This document shows positions 8,864-17,412 of a stretch of 64,000 nucleotides of DNA, one piece after another. The translations under genes and the position numbers were made by a program. Position 1 is the first letter of the stretch, and every line of letters starts with the position of its first letter. The notes under the pieces are model-generated. The model did not search any database. It saw only the letters and a list, made by a program, of their open reading frames with translations, and had not been told where the DNA came from. Source of the stretch: an uncultured Gammaproteobacteria bacterium (lineage in GTDB: Bacteria > Patescibacteriota > Patescibacteriia > UBA9934 > CAMTUG01); contig CAZPQJ010000007.1 of assembly GCA_964588955.1 (NCBI GenBank), positions 3,128 through 67,127 on the forward strand. Direction: 5' to 3'.

Positions 8864-9996
8864 AGCAAACTGACGGTGCCAGCGTCGGCATCTACAAACA
8901 CCCGATCACCATTTTTCAACACCTGGGTGGCGTTTTTAGCAGCCACGATGCAGGGTTTTTTCAGTTCGCGGCAAACAATCGCCGCGTGTGACAAAATACC
9001 ACCAAAGTCGGTTACGACCGCAGCGCTTTGCATCATGAGCGGCAAATAATCTGGCGAAGTGAACTCACAGACTAAAATGTCATCGGAAGAAAGTTGTGTC
9101 GTCGCTATCTCTTCTGGACGCACCACCCGCACCGTCCCCTCTGCCGATCCGCTTGATCCCGTCCGCCCACGCGCTACGACCTCTCCTCCCCTTACCAAGG
9201 GGAGGCTGGGAGGGGTCTGCGAGATGGTCTGCGTCTGCGACGCCGGCGGCTGAAACTCTTTCCACAACTGCCGATTGTAATCAATAAACCACGTACCAAA
9301 ATCCGGCGTACACACGCCTTCAAAATATCCACACAAAACATTATCCACGAACTCGCCTTGCAGTTCATCGGCAATACGCTGACGGAGTGTGGAATCTTCA
9401 ACGCGAATCATCGAGACCAACTCTTCGACGTGTTCCTTAGCGCCCGGCTGCGGCGGAATCACTTTCCATTCCCCGTTAGCCACCCAAAACGTCATCGGCT
9501 CCCCTTCGTCGTGTATCCCTTGGGTGAGTTGATGGTGTGCACCGGCGACGATCTCTCCAAACACGCCTTGCGTAGATACAATAAAAATCGTCGACCACGT
9601 ATGCGCTTCAGGGTGCGGCATGAAATCAGCACGATACCCCGCGTGATCAATCGGTTGTTCGGCAAACCAAGTCATGGCTTCATCGACACTAGATCCTCGC
9701 GTGCGATATTTTGGTTGACTCACGTCATAGGGCACCAAACGCAAAGCACATTTTTCTTGCCCATGTTCAGCAAGCCAAGCAGCGACCGCTTCACTCATCT
9801 GCGCCACTTCCGTTGCGGGAAAGGATTGCGGCTGATCTGACGGCAAACCGATCAGGTCGCCGAGCACTTTCAAGCGCGCACGCTTCTCGTTGTCTTCGGC
9901 GCGAAAGGCGGCGGCGGTTGGCGAGCCAATCTTCTCCAACCATTCGGTAAGAGAAATCTGCGTCTTCAGCAACTCTGCCAAGTTTACTTTCTCCAT
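8860..9996 (-). CDS. Protein with a C-terminal PEP-utilising-enzyme mobile (phosphohistidine swivel) domain
   Basis: The C-terminus carries GRTGSSGSAEGTVRVV and then GGILSHAAIVCRELKKPCIV. The N-terminal ~250 aa are unassigned. It overlaps cobO by 4 bp. Confidence 0.6.
   Translation of the reverse strand: MEKVNLAELLKTQISLTEWLEKIGSPTAAAFRAEDNEKRARLKVLGDLIGLPSDQPQSFPATEVAQMSEAVAAWLAEHGQEKCALRLVPYDVSQPKYRTRGSSVDEAMTWFAEQPIDHAGYRADFMPHPEAHTWSTIFIVSTQGVFGEIVAGAHHQLTQGIHDEGEPMTFWVANGEWKVIPPQPGAKEHVEELVSMIRVEDSTLRQRIADELQGEFVDNVLCGYFEGVCTPDFGTWFIDYNRQLWKEFQPPASQTQTISQTPPSLPLVRGGEVVARGRTGSSGSAEGTVRVVRPEEIATTQLSSDDILVCEFTSPDYLPLMMQSAAVVTDFGGILSHAAIVCRELKKPCIVAAKNATQVLKNGDRVFVDADAGTVSLL
9180..9215. repeat. 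36-nt palindromic element embedded in-frame in the CDS (second copy at 22444..22480)
   Basis: The sequence is cctctcctccccttaccaaggggaggctgggagggg. The other copy differs at only ~2 positions. Here the element encodes ...TPPSLPLVRGGE... in the linker just before the swivel domain. Confidence 0.6.
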
Positions 9997-10000
9997 ACGA

Positions 10001-10519
10001 CTATTTTATATGCACGAGCGCCATGATTAACGCGTCTTTGCAAAAGTGCACACGATCAATGCGCCCTTCGGTCAAAATGCCAATCACTCCGCCAGCGGTG
10101 CCAATTTTTGGATGATCGGTGTAGCCAGCCACGCGGGCGGCGGTAGACATATCCATTCCTTGTTCAACAATCAGTTGACGCATATCCGCCGGCAGAGAAA
10201 ATCCAGGAGAAAACCCAATTGACAATTTCTCTCCGTCGTATACAGCACACACATCAAACTTCATCACGCAATCATCCATCACCGGCATGGTGATCGTTCC
10301 ACCCTCAATCCCTATGGAGTAATCGCAATCCTGAAACGCCGCTTTGGCGCGATTGATCGCCCCCGTCACGGTGCGCTCGAGCGTGTCCGGTTCCTCACCA
10401 ACGCCGGAATCCACCTCCACACCGATCACTTCAGCATCGGCAAACTTGGGATACAGCGCCAGCACCTCGCGAGTGGATTGCAACTTGCAGGCGTTTTGGG
10501 AACCAAGAACAACGCGCAT
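10001..10519 (-). CDS. Non-canonical purine NTP phosphatase (YjjX/inosine-xanthosine triphosphatase family)
   Basis: MRVVLGSQN is followed by E..S[GV]V, which resembles the YjjX fold. The start was chosen at the MRVV Met. Confidence 0.6.
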   Translation of the reverse strand: MRVVLGSQNACKLQSTREVLALYPKFADAEVIGVEVDSGVGEEPDTLERTVTGAINRAKAAFQDCDYSIGIEGGTITMPVMDDCVMKFDVCAVYDGEKLSIGFSPGFSLPADMRQLIVEQGMDMSTAARVAGYTDHPKIGTAGGVIGILTEGRIDRVHFCKDALIMALVHIK

Positions 10520-10520
10520 A

Positions 10521-10991
10521 TTAAGCGACAGGATGTTCACGACGCCATTTAACAATGTCTATTGCCGCCAGCGCCGCTTCGTAGCCTTTATTAAATTCAT
10601 TATCTCCCGACCGTGCCTCCACTTGCGCCATGGTCGTGACCGGCAAAACTTCGATCAGGATCGGCAGGTCATGGTCATGCATTACACGAACAAACCCTTG
10701 CTCGATCATGTTTAAAATCAATTCAAAATGAAAGGTCTCCCCTTTCATAATCACCCCGAAACAAACAATCGCCTCGTACTGCTTGGTCTTGGCCAACCGA
10801 TCCGCAGCCAAGGGAAGTTCGAGCGCACCCGGCAATACATGCACCTCCGACTCCGCTCCTGCCGCAGCAAGCAATTCGGCACACTTCTTGACCATCAAAT
10901 CTGTATGCTCGCGGTGCCACTTGGACTGCAGCAAAGCAATCTTAGCCCCCTCAATTTTCGGCAAGTTAGACGTATCGTAGGCGTGTTGCAT
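10521..10991 (-). CDS. ribH: 6,7-dimethyl-8-ribityllumazine synthase
   Basis: 156-aa ORF. KIALLQSKWH, LPGALELP and AIVCFGVIMKGETFHFE are typical of RibH. Confidence 0.85.
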   Translation of the reverse strand: MQHAYDTSNLPKIEGAKIALLQSKWHREHTDLMVKKCAELLAAAGAESEVHVLPGALELPLAADRLAKTKQYEAIVCFGVIMKGETFHFELILNMIEQGFVRVMHDHDLPILIEVLPVTTMAQVEARSGDNEFNKGYEAALAAIDIVKWRREHPVA

Positions 10992-11053
10992 AGGTTGGAA
11001 ACATTACGGGCGGGATCAAACGACCCCGCCCATTATCTTAACCTATCTTGGAT

Positions 11054-14000
11054 TTAACTGCATCCGCTGGTGCTGCCGCAGTTGAGGCATTTGTAGCAAG
11101 CGGCGTTACGGACCATGATCGAGCCACAGGTTTCACAGGCTGGGGCATCGGATTGATTATCGAAGGTGGAGGTATGGGAAACCGGAAGGGGTGAAGTGGC
11201 TGAGTGACTAGTGGTTAGGGGCTGGTCGGAAGAAGCACTCGTCGAAGCGATCGGTTCAGCGAAAATGTTCGCCTGTGCCTGTTTGACTTCCACCTTGGCA
11301 CTGGCGTCTTCGGCAGCAGCAGAGGATTGGGCGCTCGGGGCTTCGCTTGGGGCGATCACCGCGTTGACTCCCACCGTCATCTGCTCGTCTGGGGTCATAA
11401 ACTTCAAGGCCATCCAACGGAAAATGTAATCGACGATCGACTTGGCGATACGGATATGTTCGTTGTTGGTGTAACCACTCGGTTCGAAACGCATGTGCAC
11501 AAACTTGTTGACCAACACTTGCAATGGCACGCCATACTGCAACCCGATCGATACGCTCGTAGCAAACGCATCCATGAGCCCCGAAACAACCGTGCCTTCT
11601 TTGGCCATGGTGATGAACATCTCTCCAGGCTTACCATCATCGTACAATCCTACGGTGATGTAACCTTCATGAGAACCGATAGCGAATTTGTGGGTCATGG
11701 CGCGGCGCTCGTCTGGCAAGCGGCGGCGGCGTGGTTTATTGTCGACCTCGACTTCTTTGGTGGCGACGGTCGTAACTTTTGCTTTTTGATCTTTATCCAA
11801 GCTGGTGGTGAGCGGCTGCTGACGCTTCGATCCGTCACGGTAAATGGCGATCGCTTTTAATCCAAGACGGGCACCTTCCATATAAGCATCGATCACGTCT
11901 TGCACCGTGGATTCCTGCGGCATGTTGACCGTTTTGGAGATGGCTCCCGAAACAAACGGCTGCACCGCGGCCATCATGCGCACGTGGCCCATGTAGTGAA
12001 TCGAGCGCGTACCGTTTTTGGCTTTAAAGGCGCAGTCAAAAATCGGCAAATCTTTTTCTTGCAAATGAGGTGCGCCTTCCACGGTATCTTTTTCATCAAT
12101 GTATTTTAAGATGTCGTCAACCTGTTCTTTGGAGTATCCCAAACGCGTCAACGCTTCAGGCACCGTTTGGTTAACGATCTTAATCATTCCCCCACCGACC
12201 AACCACTTGTACTTCACGAGCGCGATGTCGGGTTCAATGCCGGTCGTGTCGCAGTCCATTAAGAACGAGATCGTTCCTGTTGGCGCAATCACCGAAATCT
12301 GCGCGTTGCGTACGCCAAACTGATCGCCATGGGAAACCATCTGCTCCCAAGCCTGACGGTGAGAAATCTGTAAGTCCTGTGGCACTCCAACATCGGACAC
12401 CTTGTAGGAAGCGTCGCGATGCATGCGCATCACTTCCATGCACGGCTCTGCGTTCACCTTGTAGCCATTGAACGGACCGATCTTCTCAGCAATCAACGCC
12501 GACTGATCGTAGCAGACACCGGAAAGCAACGAGGTAATGGCGGCAGCAAAGTTACGCGCCTCTTCAGAGTCGTAAGCCAAGCCACGACTCATGAGCAACG
12601 CACCAAGGTTAGCGTAGCCAATGCCGAGTGGCCGGAAATCATGCGAGTTCTGTTCGATCGCTGGTGTTGGGTAGCTGGAGTTGCCGACAGCAATTTCCAT
12701 GGCCGTAATCACCACGCGCGCCGCGGCAGAAAACGATTCCACATCAAATTCCTGTTTGTCGCCCATCTGCTTGCGGAAGCGCATCAAGTTGAGCGAAGAC
12801 AAGTTACAGGCCGTGTCGTTCAAGAACATGTATTCGCTACACGGATTGCTGGCGTGAATACGATCGGTATTTTTGCAGGTGTGCCATTTGTTAATGGTAG
12901 TGTCGTACTGCATACCCGGATCACCGGAATGCCAAGCCGACTCGCCAATCATCTGCATCAAATCGCGCGCTTTGTAACTGACGGACGGCTTGCCCGTGGT
13001 TACTTCTTTGGTTTGCCAATCGCCGCCGTTCTCTACCGCGCGAATAAACTCATCCGGTACACGCACCGAGTTGTTGGCGTTTTGAAAAAAGATAGAGGAG
13101 TAGGCAGCCCCATCAATAGAACCATCATAGCCGGCATCAATCAACGCCCACGCTTTTTTCTCTTCTTCCACTTTACATTTAATGAAGTCTTCAATGTCTG
13201 GGTGCTCAATGTTCAAAATAACCATTTTAGCGGCGCGGCGGGTTTTGCCTCCACTCTTAATGACTCCAGCAAAGGCGTCGAGTCCTTTCATAAAACTGAT
13301 CGGGCCAGACGATCGACCATTGCTGCCACCCAAGAATTCTTTGCTCGAGCGCAGCGGCGACAAGTTAATGCCGGAACCAGAACCATTCTTGAAAATCATC
13401 CCTTCGGTGGTACACAAGTGCAAAATGGAACGCATGTCGTCTTGCACCGAGTTGATGAAGCACGCGGAACATTGCGGGTGCGGGTTGATGCCCACGTTGA
13501 ACCACACCGGCGAGTTAAAGGCCGCCATTTGATTGACCAAAATGTGGGTCAGTTCGTGCTCAAAGATCTCCGCGTCTTCCGCCGTTTGGAAATAACCGTC
13601 TTTGCGTCCCCAGTCGGCCATGGTCACGGCCACGCGGGAAATAAGTTGTTTAACCGAGGTCTCACGATCAGCCTGTCCGACTTTGCCGCGGAAATATTTT
13701 TGCACCACAATGTTGGTGGCGGTCTGCGACCAAAAGTCCGGCACTTCTACGTTGGTTTGTTCAAAAACAGTGGCTCCTTTTTCATTGGTAATCTTGGCCG
13801 TACGCATCTGCCAGTTAATCAAATCATACGGATGTTTGCCGGGAGTAGTGAAATAGCGTTTAACCGTAATCCCATGCCCGTAACGCGGGGTGTGGTTATC
13901 ATCGCGTTTCTCTAAACGCCCCATGGCGTACTTCTTGCTGACGTGCGCCAAGTTCAAATCAATCAAGGTCAAGTTAACCACCTCGCGGACGTCGCCTGTA

Positions 14001-14269
14001 GAAGGCGTGGTGTGTCCATCAAACACGCGTACCAAGCGCCCGACGACTTGGTCGACAATGCGCTCGTACAATCCATCGTCTTTCATCCCTGCCTCGCTGA
14101 GCGCCGCGGCGATCGACTTGGCAAGTTTGGCGCGGTCGAAACTCTCTTCAGCGCCACTGCGTTTTTTCACCGACTTCAACGACGTCACATATTGCCACAC
14201 CGCCTCGCCCACTCCCTCGGTTGTTCCAGTCGCGGTTTGAGTAGATGGGGACGGAGAGAAGGTGGACAT
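11054..14269 (-). CDS. nrdJ: Ribonucleoside-diphosphate/triphosphate reductase, class II (adenosylcobalamin-dependent), with an N-terminal ATP-cone
   Basis: 1071-aa ORF. An ATP-cone lies at the N-terminus (VKKRSGAEESFDRAKL). The RNR active-site block reads SNPCSEYMFLNDTACNLSS. A C-terminal Zn ribbon reads CETCG...CYKCLNCG. Confidence 0.85.
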   Translation of the reverse strand: MSTFSPSPSTQTATGTTEGVGEAVWQYVTSLKSVKKRSGAEESFDRAKLAKSIAAALSEAGMKDDGLYERIVDQVVGRLVRVFDGHTTPSTGDVREVVNLTLIDLNLAHVSKKYAMGRLEKRDDNHTPRYGHGITVKRYFTTPGKHPYDLINWQMRTAKITNEKGATVFEQTNVEVPDFWSQTATNIVVQKYFRGKVGQADRETSVKQLISRVAVTMADWGRKDGYFQTAEDAEIFEHELTHILVNQMAAFNSPVWFNVGINPHPQCSACFINSVQDDMRSILHLCTTEGMIFKNGSGSGINLSPLRSSKEFLGGSNGRSSGPISFMKGLDAFAGVIKSGGKTRRAAKMVILNIEHPDIEDFIKCKVEEEKKAWALIDAGYDGSIDGAAYSSIFFQNANNSVRVPDEFIRAVENGGDWQTKEVTTGKPSVSYKARDLMQMIGESAWHSGDPGMQYDTTINKWHTCKNTDRIHASNPCSEYMFLNDTACNLSSLNLMRFRKQMGDKQEFDVESFSAAARVVITAMEIAVGNSSYPTPAIEQNSHDFRPLGIGYANLGALLMSRGLAYDSEEARNFAAAITSLLSGVCYDQSALIAEKIGPFNGYKVNAEPCMEVMRMHRDASYKVSDVGVPQDLQISHRQAWEQMVSHGDQFGVRNAQISVIAPTGTISFLMDCDTTGIEPDIALVKYKWLVGGGMIKIVNQTVPEALTRLGYSKEQVDDILKYIDEKDTVEGAPHLQEKDLPIFDCAFKAKNGTRSIHYMGHVRMMAAVQPFVSGAISKTVNMPQESTVQDVIDAYMEGARLGLKAIAIYRDGSKRQQPLTTSLDKDQKAKVTTVATKEVEVDNKPRRRRLPDERRAMTHKFAIGSHEGYITVGLYDDGKPGEMFITMAKEGTVVSGLMDAFATSVSIGLQYGVPLQVLVNKFVHMRFEPSGYTNNEHIRIAKSIVDYIFRWMALKFMTPDEQMTVGVNAVIAPSEAPSAQSSAAAEDASAKVEVKQAQANIFAEPIASTSASSDQPLTTSHSATSPLPVSHTSTFDNQSDAPACETCGSIMVRNAACYKCLNCGSTSGCS

Positions 14270-14362
14270 AGGCGTGGGCGTTAACGTGTTGATTTAATCC
14301 TTTAAGAGATGAAAAGAATGACGGGCTTTCGCAAGCACCAATCATTCTTTGACTCCTCTTCG

Positions 14363-14411
14363 CCACAACATCTTGTGGCAACAAAGGAGAGTATAACACA
14401 ATAGGTTGTGG
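14363..14411. promoter_or_regulatory. Two tandem NrdR-box-like palindromes upstream of nrdJ
   Basis: The boxes are ccacaaCATCttgtgg (14363..14378) and acacaaTAGGttgtgg (14396..14411). Their centres are ~33 bp apart, in the 5' region of the minus-strand nrdJ. Confidence 0.45.
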
Positions 14412-14481
14412 TAGAGCAAAGGGCGGGGTTATCCACAGAAAATCCCTCTCAAGCTCCCCTTTTCGGCAAGAAACGGATCGG

Positions 14482-15060
14482 TTAAAACCCCATCGTCAAA
14501 TTGATCGACGGCTGTTCCACGGCCTTTTCTTGAAAATCCACCGGCACTTCATGCAGAACTCCGAGACGGTCGTAATAGCGGATGATTCCGTATTTCTTCC
14601 CAAATTCATAGACCTCTTTTGTCACCTTCACGTCCATTTCACAATACTCTTTAATTTTGCCAATCTCTCCTTGTTTCCACCATTCCACCGCCTGCAGACC
14701 ATGGCCGCTTTTGCCATAGCCAAGGGTAGCCTGGGCAACATCGTCGAGCTTAACTCGAAATCCCAAAGATTTAGCGATCACTTCGAGCAGATCGAGCGAA
14801 GGAAAGGTCTGAAAATCGCCCGCGTAATAAACATTCATCACGTTATAATCGAACCCTTTGGTGTTATAGCCAATAATCCTCCCCGAGGTCTCCAACCGCT
14901 TCCACAACTTCGGCAAATCTGCCTCTTCGTAAGAGACGTACTCATCGGTTTCGTAGAAATAACAGCTGACCACGGAAATCTTTAATAACGAATGGTCGTA
15001 GGCTCCGACCTCCTGAAAGGTGTTTTGGGTTTCAATATCTAAGACGACTTCATTGGACAT
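14482..15060 (-). CDS. RNase H-like 3'-5' exonuclease domain protein (PolB-exo/YprB-like)
   Basis: Acidic motifs are spaced like Exo I-III: VLDIETQN, then GYNTKGFDYNV, then YCEMDV. The start was chosen at MSNEV, four nt after the upstream gene. Confidence 0.55.
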   Translation of the reverse strand: MSNEVVLDIETQNTFQEVGAYDHSLLKISVVSCYFYETDEYVSYEEADLPKLWKRLETSGRIIGYNTKGFDYNVMNVYYAGDFQTFPSLDLLEVIAKSLGFRVKLDDVAQATLGYGKSGHGLQAVEWWKQGEIGKIKEYCEMDVKVTKEVYEFGKKYGIIRYYDRLGVLHEVPVDFQEKAVEQPSINLTMGF

Positions 15061-15070
15061 AGCCGGATGA

Positions 15071-15622
15071 TTATAACACATCTTCGGGGTGGTAGGCTTT
15101 GAGCCACCCATCCTCGGCAAACGGGATCCAGTCGGTAAAAGGAAAATCCCGAGCAACAACCCGGCACCCCTTAGGAAGTTCGGTTAGGAGCTTGGGTTTA
15201 AGCCGTTCGATCATCGCTGGCAATAAAAAAAGTGTCACTACGTCTGCCGGAGGCAAGGAAACAAAAAAGAGATTTCCTGAACGCACGTCGACACGATCGG
15301 CCACACCAGCCAAGCGTGCTCGGACGCGAGTCACGATGCGCAAGAAGGGATTAATCTCATAGCCGATGGATTGCATTCCAAACTCCTTGGCCGCGACAAT
15401 CAACACCGATCCCGTACCACTACCCAAATCAACAAGCGTCTCCCCTGCTTTGCCATCCGCCAAGCGAATCATTCTACGCACAATTGATTTCGGTGTTCCC
15501 ACATACGGCGCACCCCACAAGACTCCTAAACCAAAAGAGGCGATGATGAGCGAAATCAACGCCAATAAGCCAGCAACAATAAGCAGTAGAGTAATCACGA
15601 TCGACGACATAATTTCAGGCAT
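15071..15622 (-). CDS. Class I SAM-dependent methyltransferase with N-terminal TM helices
   Basis: VDLGSGTGSVLIVAAK is motif I, followed by GYEINP. The start was chosen at MPEIMSS. The track N-terminus runs into repeat element A. Confidence 0.65.
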   Translation of the reverse strand: MPEIMSSIVITLLLIVAGLLALISLIIASFGLGVLWGAPYVGTPKSIVRRMIRLADGKAGETLVDLGSGTGSVLIVAAKEFGMQSIGYEINPFLRIVTRVRARLAGVADRVDVRSGNLFFVSLPPADVVTLFLLPAMIERLKPKLLTELPKGCRVVARDFPFTDWIPFAEDGWLKAYHPEDVL

Positions 15623-15637
15623 ACGTTCACTCAGGCT

Positions 15638-15838
15638 CTCCGAAGCGGACGGGGTAGACGTTGCTCCGCAGAGCAGAACAGCCGACCAACGGTTCGAGCG
15701 ACGGACAGAAAACCGCACAAACGATTAAACAAACACAGGCCTTGTAGGTCTGTGTTGTTCTGAGCTCGAACCGTTGGGTTGTTTCTTTAGGCCTTCTGCT
15801 CAAGGACAACGTCTGCCCCGGACGCGAAGGTGAGCCAC
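15638..15838. repeat. ~200-bp MITE-like element with imperfect terminal inverted repeats ('element A', copy 1)
   Basis: The left TIR is ctccgaagcggacggggtagacgttg. The right TIR is caacgtctgccccggacgcgaaggtgag. An internal 14-bp perfect palindrome is present (ccaacggttcgagc ... gctcgaaccgttgg). A near-identical inverted copy lies at 33181..33420. A half copy lies at 20732..20797. Confidence 0.75.
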
Positions 15839-15875
15839 GGGGTAGTCAGCAGCTCGCCATGTTGATGGGTTCGCT

Positions 15876-16379
15876 CTATTCGTACCAATGCTCGCAGTAA
15901 GGCGTCTCCGCAATACAATAGTGCTCCCACTTTTTGTTGGGATATTTCTTTAGCAAGTTGCGGGCGATCCAGCGATCGACGGAATAACGTCCAGCTCCGC
16001 TGAAAAATAACATCGCCGCCATGGAAAAAATCAAAATCTCTAAGCGCACGTCACCCGAAAAACCAATAGGAATCCGCTCGGAAAAAATAGAGCTAGCCAT
16101 TTCTACCAACAACATAAATCCCGACAACCGTGTCAAAAATCCGGGAATAATTAACGCTCCACCCAACAACTCCACAAAAGAAAATGCGAGCAAAATAATA
16201 AAAGCAACGGGTCCGGGTAAAATTTCTAAGAACGTGCCAGGATGCACCCGCATCATGAACAAACGACTAGCCCCGTGCAGTAAGAGCAACGTGCCAAGAG
16301 TAATGCGTGCCGGCAGCATCCCCCACATTGGCCGGGTGACAAAAATCGACAAAAGAAAATTCTCTTTTTTGATGGTCAT
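15876..16379 (-). CDS. DoxX-family membrane protein
   Basis: Four TM helices typical of DoxX are present. The C-terminus is Cys/His-rich (CIAETPYCEHWY). Confidence 0.55.
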   Translation of the reverse strand: MTIKKENFLLSIFVTRPMWGMLPARITLGTLLLLHGASRLFMMRVHPGTFLEILPGPVAFIILLAFSFVELLGGALIIPGFLTRLSGFMLLVEMASSIFSERIPIGFSGDVRLEILIFSMAAMLFFSGAGRYSVDRWIARNLLKKYPNKKWEHYCIAETPYCEHWYE

Positions 16380-16394
16380 AAACGGATCAACGGA

Positions 16395-17396
16395 TTAATC
16401 CCCTGTCGTTAAACGTACGCCTGCCTGCCACAATCCATCTTGACCATGTTCCCGCATCCAATACCAATATTCAACCCCCCAAAAATCCACCTCATCAAAT
16501 CCAGCCTGTTTGGCAAACGCCACATTAGCGGAAAGTTCCGTTGGCGTAAACTGGGAAGCGAGCTCTTCCGGTGTCTGTTCCTCAATTCCCTTGGTAAACC
16601 ACGGTTCCGCCTGCAGTTCCGAGACAATCACCTTATCCGTAAACGGGCGCACAGCCAAGGTTTTTGCGGCATAGTACTCGGGGCCCAGGGGATAGACCGA
16701 ATATCCGACTACATCATTCCAGGTAACACGATACATACTCACGCCCAATACATTGGCCGGGATAGCCGTGTCTAGCCAAAATTCATTCTCGCCGCTCGTG
16801 GTGAGTTGGATGGGCTTGTTGGAAAGGCGTTTCACAAGCGCGACTTCCTGATCAAACAATTCCGCGTCGGGAGTTGGACATTCACCAAAACTATAAAACG
16901 GTTCATTCTCTACTTGATAACGTTCAACAACTTCTTGATCGTCATAACGCCGGACGATATTTTCTAGCTCATCCAACAAACTTTGACGAGCTTCCGCGCG
17001 TGACATTTTTTCCGCCCAATCAGGAATATAACACTCGGGCCACCGGGGCACTTTGCGACCAATAGCCAATGTTACACGCACGTCACGCTTCGCGGCTTCG
17101 GCAAGCATCCAATCCAGATCATCAAAATGATAAACATGTTCTTCCGGCTCAAGCTCACTCCAATACACAGGCAAACGGACACGTTTAATCTGCAGCTCAT
17201 CCAGCATTGCCGTATACACCTCGCGCCAGCGCAATCCTAAATTTTCAGCGTAGACCGTGGAAAATGTTGCTCCGTAACTCACGGTGAGCGCATGCTGTTT
17301 TGTCCGCGCTCCCAGCACGGCCAAGACAGCGACAACCACCGCGAACAGAAAAAAGACTGCGCCCTCGGCCAACTTTTTGTGATGAATCCTCCTCAT
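16395..17396 (-). CDS. Glycoside hydrolase family 5-like (TIM-barrel, beta-mannanase/endoglucanase-type)
   Basis: An N-terminal TM is present. The NEP acid/base motif reads YQVENEPF. A later conserved Glu region and YWSELEP are also present. Confidence 0.6.
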   Translation of the reverse strand: MRRIHHKKLAEGAVFFLFAVVVAVLAVLGARTKQHALTVSYGATFSTVYAENLGLRWREVYTAMLDELQIKRVRLPVYWSELEPEEHVYHFDDLDWMLAEAAKRDVRVTLAIGRKVPRWPECYIPDWAEKMSRAEARQSLLDELENIVRRYDDQEVVERYQVENEPFYSFGECPTPDAELFDQEVALVKRLSNKPIQLTTSGENEFWLDTAIPANVLGVSMYRVTWNDVVGYSVYPLGPEYYAAKTLAVRPFTDKVIVSELQAEPWFTKGIEEQTPEELASQFTPTELSANVAFAKQAGFDEVDFWGVEYWYWMREHGQDGLWQAGVRLTTGD

Positions 17397-17412
17397 ACAA
17401 CACGTTTACACA

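Noticed and set aside
12419-13915. 498-aa plus-strand ORF antisense to nrdJ, and similar antisense ORFs opposite the PBP, giant coiled-coil and surface-protein genes
   Set aside because: They are embedded entirely within well-supported long CDSs on the other strand and have no recognisable motifs.
14270-14481. Cobalamin riboswitch upstream of nrdJ
   Set aside because: No B12-box-like core or riboswitch architecture was recognised. B12 riboswitches normally control B12-independent isozymes or transporters, not the B12-dependent enzyme.
15627-15809. Small ORFs inside repeat elements (15627..15809, 20395..20781, 20843..21331, 33212..33526, 33306..33503)
   Set aside because: Peptide identity between copies merely reflects near-identical DNA. 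The ORFs overlap TIRs and hairpins and lack RBS or start context.
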